A stretch of 61,056 bases of DNA, counting the filler. It is 8 parts of 8 records of this genome, joined end to end, with 100 filler letters (N's around TTAATTAATTAA, not from the genome) between each part and the next. Parts side by side here need not be neighbours in the genome. Positions count along the whole stretch, not along the records: positions 55,898 to 61,056 come from SRR7504441_2238; 7 more parts are not named here. One strand, 5' to 3'. Below are positions 59,390-61,056 of this stretch, piece after piece. The notes below the pieces were generated by a model that was not told where the DNA came from, did no database searches, and saw only the letters and a program-made list of their open reading frames with translations. The translations under genes were made by a program, and so were the position numbers. Each line of letters opens with the position of its first letter. Position 1 is the stretch's first letter.

Positions 59390-60786
59390 GCATGGCCGAA
59401 TGCACCCGGCAGGACGAGGCGCCGCCGCTCCGGCCGGACGGCTTCCGGCGGGCCAAGTGGGCCACGCTCGGGGTCATGTTCTCAACGATTGTGTTCTTCC
59501 TGCTGCCAGTCACGCTCGGCTGGCCCGGGGCCCCGCTGCACCTGATGGGATCCGGGTTCGGGTTCGCCACCCAGTGGCTCGACGGCTGCACGCTCGGGCT
59601 CGGGCTCGGCCTGGAGATGCTCGTGAGCCACGCGCGCACCAGGGGCCTCCGGATCCAGTTTGTTATCCTGTCGGTCGGCTGCCTGCTGATGCCGCTGTTC
59701 ATGCACCTATCCCCCGCGCGCTGCTTCCCGTCGGTCGAGCCGATCGGCGCCCGGGTGTTGATTGGGTCTGGCTTGTTTGGGCTAGGCAGCCAGCTGGCGC
59801 AATTGGACACGCTGGGCGCGCTGCTGGCCACTGGGCGGGGCTCTCTTGACGGGCTGGTCCCTCTAGTCGGGCTGCTGCTCGGGTCGCTGATGGGCGTGCT
59901 GGTGGACGTGGAGCAGACCCGGCTGCTCGGGTGGCACCTGCCGTCGGTCACGCTCGTTGGCTGGCTTGGGCTGCCACTTGGCGTGCTCGCGCAGCTCGGA
60001 CTGCTCGGAGCAGGATACGTCGGACTGCTCTCTATCGAGCGGTACAACCACGGCGAGGTGCAGCCGCTCGTCACGAGCCCGGTCGAACAGCAGGCCGTCG
60101 GCGCAGAGGACCTGGCGGAATCTGGTCAGAACAGCGATAGCGAGGAGCCCGACGACGATGAAGCCGACGAGGCCGTGGGGCTGCTGGCTGCGGCGGAGGT
60201 GCTCACTCTGCCCAAGCCGGGCGGCGGGCTGACCATGCTCCAGCTGAGCATGCTCACTCTGGCGTTCACTATGACCAATGTGCTCTCACTGCTGGTTGGA
60301 AGCCACCTTATCAATCCAGGCATAGGCGTGGCTGGGTGGGTGGTTCAAGTCTCCCATCTTTTTGGGTGGGACATTGACCTGCCGGAGCACCAAAAGCCAC
60401 GGGCCCAGCTGCGCGAGGAAGAGGTCACTCCGGAGCTTGTGCAGGCGGCCAGCCAGAACCTGTCTGTCTTGCTAGTGGCCACCTGCCTCGCTATTTTCAC
60501 CCAGCAGATCCAATGGTGCACCGAGTCTGCATGGGCGCTCTGCTCGTTCGGCCGGATGTCTGGTGGGGTGTTGATGGGGTTTGGCGCCACTATCGCTGCG
60601 GGCGATGTGGTGGGTGGATTCTGGGCCGGTGTGCTGAGCACCTCGCTTCATGCCTGGGTTTGGCTGGGTGGAGCGCTGGTAGGCACAATGGTGGGCAGCT
60701 GGACTCTCAAAGTGTGCGTGTGCGCGCCCGTTCGCGATTGGTGCTATCATGCCGATGCCAAGATTGGGGACTCGGACTCATTCTAA
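59386..60786 (+). CDS. YeeE/YedE (sulfur-compound transporter) family membrane protein, intronless
   Basis: Multiple TM helices with a two-fold internal repeat: IGSGLFGLGSQLA and GGVLMGFGATIAAGDVVGGFWAGVLSTSLHAWVW, resembling the YeeE GGLLMGxGAxLAxGCxxG...SLHGW motif. Confidence 0.75.
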   Translation: MSMAECTRQDEAPPLRPDGFRRAKWATLGVMFSTIVFFLLPVTLGWPGAPLHLMGSGFGFATQWLDGCTLGLGLGLEMLVSHARTRGLRIQFVILSVGCLLMPLFMHLSPARCFPSVEPIGARVLIGSGLFGLGSQLAQLDTLGALLATGRGSLDGLVPLVGLLLGSLMGVLVDVEQTRLLGWHLPSVTLVGWLGLPLGVLAQLGLLGAGYVGLLSIERYNHGEVQPLVTSPVEQQAVGAEDLAESGQNSDSEEPDDDEADEAVGLLAAAEVLTLPKPGGGLTMLQLSMLTLAFTMTNVLSLLVGSHLINPGIGVAGWVVQVSHLFGWDIDLPEHQKPRAQLREEEVTPELVQAASQNLSVLLVATCLAIFTQQIQWCTESAWALCSFGRMSGGVLMGFGATIAAGDVVGGFWAGVLSTSLHAWVWLGGALVGTMVGSWTLKVCVCAPVRDWCYHADAKIGDSDSF

Positions 60787-61056
60787 GCACACAAATAATA
60801 CAACCATGTAAAGTGTCTGGGAAAGTTGAGGTCTCGAGTCGAGGACGACTTAAAATTAGTTCGCGATGGTTACATGTGCGGTTCATGTAACTTATTTGTA
60901 ATTCGTCTGAAATTTCATGAGTCATTATGATAATAAAGCATGTTTATAAATCAATGACATCAATTCAAAACTTACTAACACAATGTAACCATGCAATGCC
61001 TTAATATAAGTGTGCTTTATTCCAGAGATGAACCTATCCAGACCCAGATCAGGCGG

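Noticed and set aside
53861-60786. Bacterial contamination as the source of aidB, VWA and yeeE genes
   Set aside because: aidB shares a contig with intron-containing UFM1 and kinase genes. The VWA gene itself has micro-introns, and yeeE abuts eukaryote-specific COA6.
1-61056. Many long antisense or alternate-frame ORFs in the ORF track (e.g. 20732-21529 +, 25413-26420 -, 47484-48449 -)
   Set aside because: They shadow well-supported genes in GC-rich DNA and have Arg/Pro/Ala-rich composition with no motifs.
1-61056. Alternative genetic code, programmed frameshifting or mass pseudogenisation to explain fragmented ORFs
   Set aside because: Nearly every break is resolved by a 36-48-nt GT-AG or GC-AG intron that restores conserved motifs. 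TAA, TAG and TGA all serve as normal stops.
1-61056. tRNA, rRNA, snRNA genes, transposase or reverse transcriptase ORFs; taxonomic assignment
   Set aside because: None recognised by eye. No marker here lets me name the lineage without a phylogenetic search.

Overview
This is eukaryotic (protist-like) nuclear DNA, not a prokaryote. The window holds eight separate contigs joined by seven artificial 100-nt linkers (44 N + TTAATTAATTAA + 44 N), so gene adjacency is only meaningful within a contig. The genome is very compact: about 30 protein-coding genes, most broken by uniform ~36-48-nt spliceosomal introns (GT-AG, plus at least seven GC-AG). Genes often sit in head-to-head pairs with only 20-230 nt between start codons, and the AT-rich spacers carry a recurring GTACTCGTACGAGTAC palindrome. 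Recognisable genes: AP3D1, ENY2, an IP3-receptor-like channel, PRP4 kinase, RNPS1/SR45, an ABCA transporter, a GH27 alpha-galactosidase fragment, POLD4, an ERCC6L2-like SNF2 helicase, an ECI2-like isomerase, a FERM protein, an NSUN2-like methyltransferase, UFM1, a PDK1-like kinase, AidB, a VWA protein, COA6 and a YeeE/YedE transporter. Best candidates for novelty: (i) a COA6/YeeE unit with an ATGA stop-start overlap inside a 35-nt intron whose removal fuses the two in frame; (ii) a divergent PRP4-RNPS1 splicing-regulator pair carrying the longest introns I found, one of which parses into a stop-containing cassette exon between two normal micro-introns; (iii) ERCC6L2 fused to a PNK-type P-loop kinase. 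Some junctions look like amplification or assembly chimeras. All gene models were spliced by eye, and family calls rest on remembered motifs, not database searches.
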